Positions 53,050-63,383 of a stretch of 64,000 nucleotides of DNA are shown one piece after another (within the stretch, counting starts at the first letter, position 1; each line of letters opens with the position of its first letter). This DNA comes from Methanotrichaceae archaeon (GTDB lineage: Archaea > Halobacteriota > Methanosarcinia > Methanotrichales > Methanotrichaceae): the NCBI GenBank assembly GCA_963803145.1, contig CAWDLW010000023.1, forward strand, positions 32,001 to 96,000, given 5' to 3'. The notes under the pieces are model-generated. The model was not told where the DNA came from, searched no databases, and saw nothing but the letters and a program-made list of their open reading frames with translations. A program made the position numbers and the translations under genes.

Positions 53050-53742
53050 TTGAGCTTCAAAAAAAGCGTCGGCTGGGCGGATCTCTCTATAAATCCAATC
53101 AGCGGATGCCGTGGGGGCTGCAGATACTGTTATGCCAGAGATATGGCCGCGCGTCATTGTAACAGAAACGGCTACCCTGGGAAAGGTCATACGTTCGATC
53201 CCACTTTTCACGCCGATAAAATAGACCAGATCTTAAACCTCAAGGGCAAGAGAAAGAGGATCTTCCTAGACAGCATGTCGGATTGGTGGAGCCCCGGGGT
53301 AGATTCCAGGTGGGTTAGGGCTATCATAGAGGCCGTCAGCCAGAAGCCCGAACATACATTCTTGGTTCTGACGAAATTTCCGCAGTATATCGATCGGTCA
53401 GAGTTCCCTGAAAACTTGTGGCTGGGCGTATCCGTAACATGTAACGCAGAAAACTGGCGCATACGCAAGCTTTTGGATTATGTATCTGAGGACGTGCACA
53501 AGTTCGCATCCTTCGAGCCGCTCCATGGCTCGATAACCTATGATCTTTCGGAGCTCGAGTGGATTATCGTTGGTGCGGAGAGTGGCAACAGGCCAGGCAA
53601 GGTAGAACCTAAAGAAGAGTGGGTTAAGTCGATCTTCAATTGCTGGCCCGATGATAAGCCGATTCCGATTTACATGAAGGATAATTTGATGCCCTATTTG
53701 CCTGAATGGGGCCAGATAAAAGTGTTCCCAGAGGGGATTTGA
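53050..53742 (+). CDS. Phage Gp37/Gp68 (DUF5131) radical-SAM-like protein
   Basis: NPISGCRGGCRYCYA, SMSD, VLTK, NLWLGVSV, SFEPL, WIIVGAESG. Confidence 0.88.
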   Translation: MSFKKSVGWADLSINPISGCRGGCRYCYARDMAARHCNRNGYPGKGHTFDPTFHADKIDQILNLKGKRKRIFLDSMSDWWSPGVDSRWVRAIIEAVSQKPEHTFLVLTKFPQYIDRSEFPENLWLGVSVTCNAENWRIRKLLDYVSEDVHKFASFEPLHGSITYDLSELEWIIVGAESGNRPGKVEPKEEWVKSIFNCWPDDKPIPIYMKDNLMPYLPEWGQIKVFPEGI

Positions 53743-54012
53743 ATGCCCTGCGATGGGCCCAGACAATTGGGCCTCTTCAAGTCCCCGCATGATGCCTATC
53801 TCTACATTGCAGATATTGTGATGCAAAGGATCAAAATCAATCTCTCCGACAAAGAGACAGATAAGAAAGTCGGAGCTGCATTAATGGATGTCCAGCTCGC
53901 CGTCATTCATAATGATAATCTGCAGACGACCGTGGATGAGATGGCCCGGATCATCAAAGATCTGAACGGATGGCTGGAAGCAAAAAAGCAGGCTGTATTT
54001 GGAGAGATCTGA

Positions 54013-54360
54013 ATGCTTCTCTTCCAGCCAGAGCATGTAGAAATGATCTTGCGAGGCCATAAAACCCAGTCCCGCAGACCCTGGAAATCTCGGAGAGCCA
54101 AAGCAGGCTCAGTACAATTAGCTACAACAAAATTATACTCAAGAGAATATTTTGCCATGTTATATATTCTATCTGTTCGATTAGAGAGATTGGGAGATAT
54201 CTCTCTAGCAGATTGCATAGCAGAAGGCTATATGAGCAGAGATCTTTATTTCGACGAATATTTAAAGATCTTAAGAAAGAAAAGGCCCAAAGCTGTTCTT
54301 GATCTCGATCAGATTGTTTATGTGTTGAATTTCGAGGTGGTGCCAAATGCAGAAGCGTAA
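54013..54360 (+). CDS. ASCH-domain protein
   Basis: F...H..MIL.G.KTQSRR, L.DIS..D..AEG. Confidence 0.85.
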   Translation: MLLFQPEHVEMILRGHKTQSRRPWKSRRAKAGSVQLATTKLYSREYFAMLYILSVRLERLGDISLADCIAEGYMSRDLYFDEYLKILRKKRPKAVLDLDQIVYVLNFEVVPNAEA

Positions 54361-55168
54361 AATTGCTTTTGGCTTCTACGGCGGCAAGTTCTCTCATCTC
54401 AAGTGGCTCCTGCCGCTGCTGCCCAGGTGCCGGCATTATGTCGAGCCTTATGGAGGATCAGCTGCGGTACTGCTGAATCGTCAGCCTTCGCCCTTGGAGA
54501 CTTATAATGATCTGAATGAAGAAATCGTCAATTTCTTCCGGATATTAAGAGAGCAGAAAGGCCAATTGATAGAGGCCATTACATTGACACCATTCTCCAG
54601 GAAGGAATACCTCGAGTCCTTGGAAAGCTGTGATAATCCTCTGGAGAGAGCGAGGCGCTTCTATGTCAGGACGAGACAATCGTTCTTTGGGCTCTCGGAG
54701 TCAGGATCCCCCGGCAGATGGGCATATCGCCTCACAGACAGCAAAAGGGGTATGTCGAGCTCGGTCTCCAAATATCTGGGCGGAATAGAAAATCTTGCCT
54801 GGGTCGCAGGCCGCCTCAAAAAGGTTCAGCTTGAGTGTTCAAGCGCCATTGAAATCCTGGAGAGGTATGACAGTAAATATACTCTGTTCTATATCGATCC
54901 ACCTTATCTACACGAATCAAGATGCGATTCCATAGCATTCGGCCAGTTTGAGATGAGTGCTAAAGAGCATGGGGGGCTCTCTGAGGTCCTGCATGATCTT
55001 GATGGCAGGGTAGCAATCTCGGGCTATAGATGTACTCTGATGGATGATTTCTATCATGATTGGAGATGTGTAGAGGCTTCAGGAAAGCGCTGTAACTCTT
55101 CTAAGCGGGGGGGGATCCGGAAAGAAGCTCTCTGGATGAATTACACCCCCGCGGGGGCTAGGATATGA
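54347..55168 (+). CDS. DNA adenine methyltransferase (D12 class)
   Basis: YGGK, YVEPYGGS, YND, YIDPPY. Confidence 0.9.
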   Translation: MQKRKIAFGFYGGKFSHLKWLLPLLPRCRHYVEPYGGSAAVLLNRQPSPLETYNDLNEEIVNFFRILREQKGQLIEAITLTPFSRKEYLESLESCDNPLERARRFYVRTRQSFFGLSESGSPGRWAYRLTDSKRGMSSSVSKYLGGIENLAWVAGRLKKVQLECSSAIEILERYDSKYTLFYIDPPYLHESRCDSIAFGQFEMSAKEHGGLSEVLHDLDGRVAISGYRCTLMDDFYHDWRCVEASGKRCNSSKRGGIRKEALWMNYTPAGARI

Positions 55169-56053
55169 AGGCCTGCAGACTCTCCGATGATGAGGATTTT
55201 GACGATGACGATGTTCGACATCGTAAGGATCCCATCATATTGGAGATGAACTTTAGCCTGGTGGAGCTCTCAAACGGCATGGCACTGAAGATGGAAGGGA
55301 GAGCATACCCCTATGCGAGCTCCGGAAGTTGGTTCGGTTACGGCAGTCTTCTCAGAGGAACAGTTGAAGAGGACATCAATAAAGTGATAGCGTCTGAGAA
55401 GCGCTGGTTCAAAGAATCATATCCCAGCAGACGAATAATATTGAAGGTATCCCGGCCTGGAAAACAGCAGAGCCTCACAGATCTGAGCCTGAAACAGATG
55501 AATCTGGGGGCACGGGTGTGAATCATCAGCGAGGCCGGCGCAGGGAGGAGAAGCCGAAGCCCGAAAATATCCCAGAGTGCCCTGCATACAGGCTATGCCA
55601 GTATAAGGGCTACAAGTGCTCCGACTGCCTTGAGATGGATGATCAGAGCTGGAGAGACCGTGTGAGGGCCGTGCTACAGGTCGTGAGAACCTGAGGATGG
55701 TCTTCAGAATTCTTGATATCCTGTGGCATATCTTCTGGATACTGTTCCTCGTGGGGCTTCTCAATTCTATGGCGGATCATGGGGGCGCATGCATATGAAG
55801 CCCCATAAAGATTCTTCTGAAGATGATGATTTTGCATCTGCAGAAGAATCTTCTACAGAGCCTCTCCGGATGGAGTTCACAGGCATAGATAAAAACACAT
55901 TCTATAGATTCGGCGGCTTGCTGTTTTCCATGCAAGTAGACGGTTACCCGGACTCTGAACCTATAAAGAAATTCCTGGATGCCATAGATGGCAAGCATAT
56001 CAGAGTCCTGATAGAGGAAATCCCATGAGCGCCCGGAAGAAGGTGGCAAAGGC

Positions 56054-56908
56054 TTGATGGCCATTCCTCAGCCATCGGGCTTTGTACCGGCTTCTGAATA
56101 TACGCCAATTGAGCTAAATGAAGTAGCTAATCTTGAGCAGCGTATTAGAGATCAGGATGCCTTATTAGATCAATATCTAGAGCACATACTGAAGCTTGAG
56201 TCGGAGCTTGAATCCAAGAAGAAGAAAAGCAAGCCAGAAGAATCCAATCATAAAAAGCCAGCTGAAAAGCCCTGCTTCACTGAAGAGGATTATCTCAGGA
56301 ATTTAGAGATCATTGCAAAGCTGAAGTCCGAGAGGAAAGAAATAGACTCTCGGGTCGCTGAGAAAGACAAAAAAATTATTGGATTGCAAAATGAAATCAA
56401 AACTCTTCAAGAAGCCGATGAACTCCTGTTCCCGGTATTAAAATCATTTTGTGAAAACTTGGGTGCAATAATTGAACATCAAGCCCTGGATTCAGATTCA
56501 AGAGAGACTGCCAGAAAGCTTTTGCAAAGGCCTGATTCTCTGGAACATTATATCGTTCACAAGAAAATATCAGCTAATCGGGCCATAAAAGAAATAACAC
56601 CTCTTATTTTGGAAGCTAAGAACAGGCTCTCCAGGAGGAAGAAACCAGGAAGCGCAGAACATAGTAATGAACATAGGGCCAAAATCCTCTTAGAAAGGCT
56701 TCTTTTAGTCGGAGAGGAGCAAATAAGGACTAAAAGAGCAATTGAGATCATATATAGCGATGAAGGCGTTAGACCGGATAAAACGGTCGCACGCAGAGCT
56801 ATGAGGTTAGCCGCTGAGATGGAGCCAGACAAAGTGGACTTTTCTAGTAGCTTCTCAGGCGGTATAGGAGCGGTATTAAAGAAAAGGAGGTGCCTTACTG
56901 ATGAATAA
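56054..56908 (+). CDS. Coiled-coil protein with possible C-terminal winged helix (candidate replication protein)
   Basis: Long heptad region and basic helical C-terminus; lies next to a long inverted repeat. Confidence 0.5.
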   Translation: MMAIPQPSGFVPASEYTPIELNEVANLEQRIRDQDALLDQYLEHILKLESELESKKKKSKPEESNHKKPAEKPCFTEEDYLRNLEIIAKLKSERKEIDSRVAEKDKKIIGLQNEIKTLQEADELLFPVLKSFCENLGAIIEHQALDSDSRETARKLLQRPDSLEHYIVHKKISANRAIKEITPLILEAKNRLSRRKKPGSAEHSNEHRAKILLERLLLVGEEQIRTKRAIEIIYSDEGVRPDKTVARRAMRLAAEMEPDKVDFSSSFSGGIGAVLKKRRCLTDE

Positions 56909-56920
56909 ACCGCTGGATAC

Positions 56921-57146
56921 CGAAGGGACAGTTTGTTCCCATCCCGGTATAGTGGTTTACCCTTTAGACTGTTAGATATTTAGCTTCTTTGAGGCTCTTC
57001 AAGAAGAGAAAACTCCTTGATGTAATTGTATATTATGACATCTTTACTTGATGGTAAAAAAGAAGATCGGAAAAAAGATCAATTATAATAGCAAAGAAAT
57101 GAGATTCCATAAAAATTACGTGGTTTGGGAACAAACTGTCCCTTCG
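56921..57146. repeat. 21-bp perfect inverted repeat around an AT-rich spacer
   Basis: CGAAGGGACAGTTTGTTCCCA (56921-56941) / TGGGAACAAACTGTCCCTTCG (57126-57146). Confidence 0.92.
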
Positions 57147-59119
57147 CTATCAGGCGAAATTATAGCCTTTCGCTGATAGTGATAAGGAATAGTGATAAGG
57201 AGGGTAAAATGGTCGAAGTCTCATGCATAATCGATGGGAAGGACAAATTCTACGGCCCATATATAAATAAGCAATTGATGCAAATGACGCTGAACATAAT
57301 AAAAAAGACAGGAGATGATTACGCCGAGCCTTTTTCATTCGATGCAGATCCCTGGGAAGAGAAGATTATGCGAGGTCTGCTGCCTTTTCGGGTTAGCGTA
57401 GAAATATTCAAGGGCCAACCCCAAAAGCCTGAGATCAGGTTGCAATGGCCGCCGCTCGATGAAGAAGGAATAATCAGCGAATCCGACTTCCTGATAGAAT
57501 ATTTCTTCTGGGCCCTGGGCCGGGACAATGTTTTACGCAGGCTCAGCTCGGTCAATCGCAATACAAATACAAGCACTCCAAAGGTGCATGCTCACGCCTG
57601 AATGGGCATATACATCGACGCAGGAACGGCAGTCTGAAATATCATCGAAAAAGGTCAAAGGGCTGCTGCAATACGATCCTAGAGATTACGATGGCTGTGG
57701 GGCTGAAGAAGAATGAGTGGGCACATTAGATGGCAGAAAAGCAAAACAGTGTTTGGGCTTTTTCACATCTCGATTTTGGCCCGATGTAAAGGCTATTTCC
57801 CAAGATACGAGTTGATGGTCTGGTGGTACTGATGGCCGATCTAGCGACTTTGCTATATCAAATTTTAGAGAATCAGATAGCAATTATGACTGTAATGAGG
57901 TTTCAATTAGCGCAGACTCATTCAGGATCAGATGACATAGTTGCCTTGGGGATACAGAGGCTAACGCGTGGAATCATGTATTCAGAAGAGAGGCTAAGAG
58001 GATGAAAAAAATCGATTGCGTCCGGTGTTCGCTGGCCGTGTGGCTGGCAAGATACGCTTCCAAGATTATGCAGGAGCAGGGTATAGATCAAAATCAATGG
58101 CTGAAATATGAGTTTGAGAAGCTTTAGGAGATAGAGAATATGCCGACTATAGACAAAATCGAGATGATCAAGCCTTCAAGGAGCTGATTTATGAGCCAGA
58201 AGGAGTTCGTGGACTTTCAAGTATTTCTGCTCATAAAAACTCACCCAGGTACATGCGAACGGGGACTCCTCAAGATAGCGCAGTTTGAGATGAAATGCAC
58301 CAAGTGGACCTACAATCTAATTCATCATTCCGTATCGAGGTGGATAAAGAAGGGCAAGGTCAGAACGAGGCTAGTGCTCTCCGAGGGCCATTCATGCAAG
58401 CGTCTGTATCTGAAATAATTTGCGATATCTCAGACAGCGGTTCTCCCTTTATTGAGGGAGAGAAATATTTCGAAGAGAGTAATCTTAGCCCAGATGATCA
58501 GAAGCTATTTGCAAAATACCTCAAGAAGTCTCCGAGGTTTCGCTATATATGGGTAGGCAAAATAGCTGACGTCCACATCAAAATTCAATCCCTCTTAGAA
58601 TACGATTCGAAAGGACGACTTCTGTATAGGGGCAATCCCTACAACAAGGACACCTGGACAGCGTTCTTTGTCGTGGATAACCTTCTTTGGGGGCCTCCTC
58701 CTGTCATAAGAGATCAAGGCCGATATGCAAAAGAGCAGTTTGATCCTAGGAACGATTATCCCACTGAAGTTGTAGAGGATAATCACGGGAACAAGCTTAG
58801 GGTATTGAGATATTGCGATGGTTGTGGCGGGGATCTGGAGTACGATCATAGGATGGTACTATACTGCAAAAAATGTTTTTTGGAGTTTAAATGAAATATG
58901 TTAATAGAGTTGACCACGGCGGAAAAGCAAGGACTATAGCGGATCTCCACACTGCTAGATTGAGGGCTGATAACAGACAAATGTCTGAAATAGAATTCTT
59001 CAGAAAGTTTCATAGTCATCCATTGATGACATAGGGACATGTCTAGCCAGAACTGAAGCGGGCCGGAGCCAATGGCGATGATGGCTCATCCCTCCTTTTG
59101 ATAATATGGATACAGTCAC

Positions 59120-60340
59120 ATGTCCGAGCGTACTTTAGCCGAGTTTAATAAAATCCTTCTAGAAAACTTCGGCTTCGAGATAGATATTTGGCCTATAGAG
59201 AAGTTCAAGGGCTATGCCAGGAATGTCAAAAAGCATAGAAGCAAAGATATAGATACAATGGTCAAAGCCTTTGAGGAAACGAACTTCAAGGACTTTATAA
59301 AATATGATCCTATAAGCGATTCCATAGCAGACGGTCACAGAAGAGTTGCAGCAGCAATAAAATGGGGTAAAAAAGAATTACCTGTTTTAATTCCTAGAGA
59401 CCTTACACCAGAGAAGATGAAGCTCCTACGGCTAGAATATAATCGTCTGCCTGAGCAATCAAGCTATGATAAACGAAATTTAGTCAATGAGCTTGCAGAT
59501 CTGACGCGCTCTAATATCGATTATAATTTTCTCGATTATAATAAATACGATCCGTTAGTAGAGGCCAATCTGAGCAATAATGCTGAGCAGGCATTCGAGT
59601 ATCCTGGAGATTCTGCTTTAGGCTCCCTGACTTTTGACCGGCCACTGCATGAGCCGTTACAGGAAGCAGAGCCCAATCAATTTACCCCAAAACCATCCAT
59701 CCTGCAAGCAAAGAAACAAAAAGAGGACCTCCATGGAATGGGATTGGCCGATATGATATTTCCTTCCGATCCTATTGAAGGAATACCAATCCTGAGCCTT
59801 GAATATATGCCCAAGACGGTCAAAACACCTTTTATCAAACACGGCGAGGTCTCGAATAAGCGTAATCTTGGGGGCGCAAAGCATTTCTATGCTTTTGATG
59901 GAAAATTGTATAATATTTGGCACAATCCTTTCCAACTTCTTGAAGGCAATACATCACAATTTGTCGAAGTAAACTTCAGTATACGCAATACTCATGGCAG
60001 GGCCTATGCACTCGGACAGATTTTCAGGAAACGCCAGATAGCGGCGTGGCTGCAGACAAAAGACAAAGAAATCTTCGTCGATATGAATGTAGGCGGCAAA
60101 TGGCGAAAAGAAAATTTGATAAGCGTGCCCGAAGGATATACTGCCTATTGTACTAGAGGCTACACATCAAAAGCCATGTATATCGCTGAGCAAATCGATT
60201 TGGCAACTGAACGGGCAGGTACTAATAATATATTATTCGTCGTATATGGTGGAGGGGAAGTGATAGAAGACTGCTGCAAAGAAGCAGGATGTCTATACTT
60301 CCCTGAAGTCATGGATGTTCAGAAAGGTAAAGGGGTGTAG
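59120..60340 (+). CDS. ParB/Srx-like N-terminal domain fused to a DUF4417-like domain
   Basis: Y.RN.K.H, IADGHRRV.AA; C-terminal HFY..D....IW..P, NFS, R.R..A..Q, VYGG. Confidence 0.7.
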   Translation: MSERTLAEFNKILLENFGFEIDIWPIEKFKGYARNVKKHRSKDIDTMVKAFEETNFKDFIKYDPISDSIADGHRRVAAAIKWGKKELPVLIPRDLTPEKMKLLRLEYNRLPEQSSYDKRNLVNELADLTRSNIDYNFLDYNKYDPLVEANLSNNAEQAFEYPGDSALGSLTFDRPLHEPLQEAEPNQFTPKPSILQAKKQKEDLHGMGLADMIFPSDPIEGIPILSLEYMPKTVKTPFIKHGEVSNKRNLGGAKHFYAFDGKLYNIWHNPFQLLEGNTSQFVEVNFSIRNTHGRAYALGQIFRKRQIAAWLQTKDKEIFVDMNVGGKWRKENLISVPEGYTAYCTRGYTSKAMYIAEQIDLATERAGTNNILFVVYGGGEVIEDCCKEAGCLYFPEVMDVQKGKGV

Positions 60341-60487
60341 ATAATTGGTCAATTCGAACGCTTTTAGGGATATAAGGTATTCTCCGCCGAATCCAAGCAC
60401 CAGAGGCAGCGCGAATGTTTTTGCCAGCAATGCGATTCTCCGGGGCGTAGGTGGCGGAATGCCTGATGAAAAGATCTCCTGAGAGTT

Positions 60488-61198
60488 TCAGGCTTTTATT
60501 CTGACGTTCAAGCCTCTCTCCTGGAGCCTTTTCTTTACTCCAGGATAGTATCTAAGGTTCTCATCCTCAAGGATATAAGGATCATAATCAAGGGATCTAT
60601 AGTCAATGAATTGCGGCATGAAGGCTATTCTATATGGGATATGCCTCTTTCTTAGTTCTTCTATGCCCCTCTGCTGATACACGAATCCAAAGGCATTTGA
60701 GCCCGTGAACTTCTCCCACAGGAGGCCATTGTTAGCCTTTAAGGATACTCTGAACCTGAAATTATTGCCCTCAAAGTAATCCAGGAGCCATGGATAAGCA
60801 CCTATGCAAACAGCGTTGGTCTCAATGACATAATCAAGTTCACTGCTCTGTATTATGGAAGCTAGATGCCTGGCGGAGGCCTCACCAAGTATAGATTCGC
60901 AGCCGCTTATTCGGGCGACGCTGGTTTTACCCCTGGCTAACTTTTCGAGCTTGAGGACTACTTCTGAGGGGCTATAGAAGGAACCTGCACAATCAGGGCA
61001 CTCATTCCTCTCATAGTTCCAGCAAGGAGCACACTTCAAGTTACAACCTCTGGATCCCGCTGTAACAATACCGCCGTAAAACCGCTGGAACCTGAACTTA
61101 TCATTATCGTAAAGGCGCTTGTTGCCTTTCATGACAATGTCCTCGATCTGCCGAGATCTCTCCAGGGGGTCGAATAGCTCCAATCGCATTACCTTCAA
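60488..61198 (-). CDS. Radical SAM protein
   Basis: RFYGGI.T, GCNLKCAPCWN (CxxxCxxC), RISGCE, IETNA. Confidence 0.85.
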   Translation of the reverse strand: MKVMRLELFDPLERSRQIEDIVMKGNKRLYDNDKFRFQRFYGGIVTAGSRGCNLKCAPCWNYERNECPDCAGSFYSPSEVVLKLEKLARGKTSVARISGCESILGEASARHLASIIQSSELDYVIETNAVCIGAYPWLLDYFEGNNFRFRVSLKANNGLLWEKFTGSNAFGFVYQQRGIEELRKRHIPYRIAFMPQFIDYRSLDYDPYILEDENLRYYPGVKKRLQERGLNVRIKA

Positions 61199-61467
61199 GC
61201 CCCCTGCAGGAACTTATGAGTATGCCAGAGCTCCCGCAGGCTGATCCTATAGGTAGGTCCTACTTTCTTGCGCAGGATCTCATATGATGCTTGGCGCTGG
61301 CTATCAGGTAACGATAGGAAGGCGTCTTCAGGCTTATCATTCAATCGCATTTTACATTCCTCTGTGTATATGTCACAATCGCACTATTACACATTGAAAC
61401 TATTTAAGTCTATCTAATATGCTATAATAGCACAAAGTATAAATGTAACAATAACATAATACAACAT

Positions 61468-61626
61468 ATGGCCCGAATATCTTATACTGTGCCAGATGAA
61501 ATCGAAAAGGCATTTAAAGACCATGTATATGCTACCAGAGGGAGTACATATTATTGTGGAGAGGTTTTGGCTGAAGCCATGAGGGAATATTTGGAGAAGA
61601 GAGGTATAAAGATAAAGGAGGATTAA
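61468..61626 (+). CDS. Small ribbon-helix-helix protein (below the ORF-track cutoff)
   Basis: MARISYTVPDEIEKAFK...EVLAEAMREYLEKRGIK, similar to 22138-22320. Confidence 0.7.
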   Translation: MARISYTVPDEIEKAFKDHVYATRGSTYYCGEVLAEAMREYLEKRGIKIKED

Positions 61627-61833
61627 ATACCCTTTTATTCCCTGAAATATCGGAAATATCCAAAACAAATTCTGTAAATCATAATAAAATCCAATTTTCC
61701 CATATCATAATTCGAACAATTCCTCAAAATAAATCTTAATAATTCCTCTAATATTCAGAATAAAATCATTTAATCTCTCTCATTATCATCATAAAATCCA
61801 GGGATTTCCAGGACGCTATAAAAAAGGCAAATC

Positions 61834-62601
61834 ATGCCAGAAGATCCAAGCAAAAAGAAAAAGCGTGGAAGGCCGCCAGAGAAGATCATCATTCTTGACT
61901 ATGGCATGATCTCCGCCCTTGCCTCCCAGGATTGGACTCATAAAGCCATAGCTGAAAAGTGCGGCATGACTGAGAAAGCCTTCAGCAGGCGGCTTAATTG
62001 GGACACACAACTGCAGGAAGCCCTAAGCAAGTCCAATGAGTCGCTTGATTACAATTACATCTACGTTCTTGCCTCGGACAATTGCTCTGATGCTGAAATA
62101 GCTCGCAAGATCAGGATGTCGAAGTCGCAGTTCAGCGATCGCAAGAAAAAAGATTCTCAATTGGTCGATGCTCTCGATGCAGGTCGGAATGACTACGTCA
62201 TTGTCCTGAAGCACGAAAAGAAGCAATCGATACGGCCTCAGTACAAAGCTATCTGCCGAGAGTGTGGCTATGTTATGTACGGCCTTGAGAGATACAAAGA
62301 CAGGGATGATGAAGGCAAGGAAGTCATAAGGGAGCGTGCGCCGATCGATTGCAAGAAGTGCGGCTCCAGTAAACTCGAATACAAGGAGCGGGCACCGTCC
62401 ATAGCAGCCCAGATCTGGGAGTCGAAACAACATTTGAATGAAAAGGATAAAGTTGAGCATTCAGGCGACGATAAGAAGCCCATTGTATTCGAGCGAAAGC
62501 TCAGTGAAGTTGAACTAGATGCGCAAATTGAAAGGTTTATCGCTTCAAGAGAAAGAAAGCTTAAGGAACAGCCTGATCAAGGAGCGCCAAAAGTATTATG
62601 A
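61834..62601 (+). CDS. Terminase small subunit (two HTH repeats plus Zn ribbon)
   Basis: GRP, two IA..(G/R)M HTH units, APSIAAQIW, DKVEHSG; directly upstream of TerL. Confidence 0.75.
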   Translation: MPEDPSKKKKRGRPPEKIIILDYGMISALASQDWTHKAIAEKCGMTEKAFSRRLNWDTQLQEALSKSNESLDYNYIYVLASDNCSDAEIARKIRMSKSQFSDRKKKDSQLVDALDAGRNDYVIVLKHEKKQSIRPQYKAICRECGYVMYGLERYKDRDDEGKEVIRERAPIDCKKCGSSKLEYKERAPSIAAQIWESKQHLNEKDKVEHSGDDKKPIVFERKLSEVELDAQIERFIASRERKLKEQPDQGAPKVL

Positions 62602-63364
62602 TAGATTTCCGAGTTGGTGGGTCGAGGACCTGGGCCTTCTCCGAGATAAGCAAGGAAATCCCAGCCCAACGGATCCCTGGCAGGAAGTATTTCTCGACTC
62701 ACCTAAAAAGCGCAAGATCCTGAACATACACAGGCAGGCCGGGAAATCCGCCATGGCGTCCCTGAAGTGCCTGCATAAAGCAATATTCCGGCCTGGCAGC
62801 CTTTCATTGATCATCGCTCCTGCACTAAGGCAAGCCCAGGAAGACTTCATTTCTATCAAGAAAACAATAGACATCATACCAGATCCTCCTGATTTCGATA
62901 GCTTAACGAAGCTCAGCCTGGAGACCGACAAAGGCTCTAGAATTCTATGCCTCCCAGGCGGCAACGAAGGCGCCACCATCCGAGGCTTTTCAAGGCCGGA
63001 TATCATCGTGGAGGATGAGAGCTCGAGGTGTTCGGATACCCTCTACGAGGCTATAGTGCCCATGATGACCGCCTATCCAGATTGCGAACTCATCTTAGCC
63101 TCAACTCCGTGGGGCCAGAGAGGCCATTATTACAATATCTGGACTACTACAGGACCTCAGTGGCTCAAGATCGAACTGAACGCTGAGCAGAATCCGAGGA
63201 TCAGCAGGGAGTTCCTCGAAGAGCAAAAGCAGAGCGGCATAAGTCCATGGTACTACTTACAAGAGTTCATGTGTCAATTTGTGCAGGCTGAGAACCAGCT
63301 CATAAGCTGTGACATGATTGAACGATCGCTAGATCAGAGCATACCGATAGTGGATTTGGATTGA
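62519..63364 (+). CDS. Terminase large subunit, ATPase domain only
   Basis: DPWQ, HRQAGKS (Walker A), IRG....IVEDE (Walker B), ASTP.G, QEFMCQF. Confidence 0.88.
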   Translation: MRKLKGLSLQEKESLRNSLIKERQKYYDRFPSWWVEDLGLLRDKQGNPSPTDPWQEVFLDSPKKRKILNIHRQAGKSAMASLKCLHKAIFRPGSLSLIIAPALRQAQEDFISIKKTIDIIPDPPDFDSLTKLSLETDKGSRILCLPGGNEGATIRGFSRPDIIVEDESSRCSDTLYEAIVPMMTAYPDCELILASTPWGQRGHYYNIWTTTGPQWLKIELNAEQNPRISREFLEEQKQSGISPWYYLQEFMCQFVQAENQLISCDMIERSLDQSIPIVDLD

Positions 63365-63383
63365 GATGTAAAAGTGATCTTCT

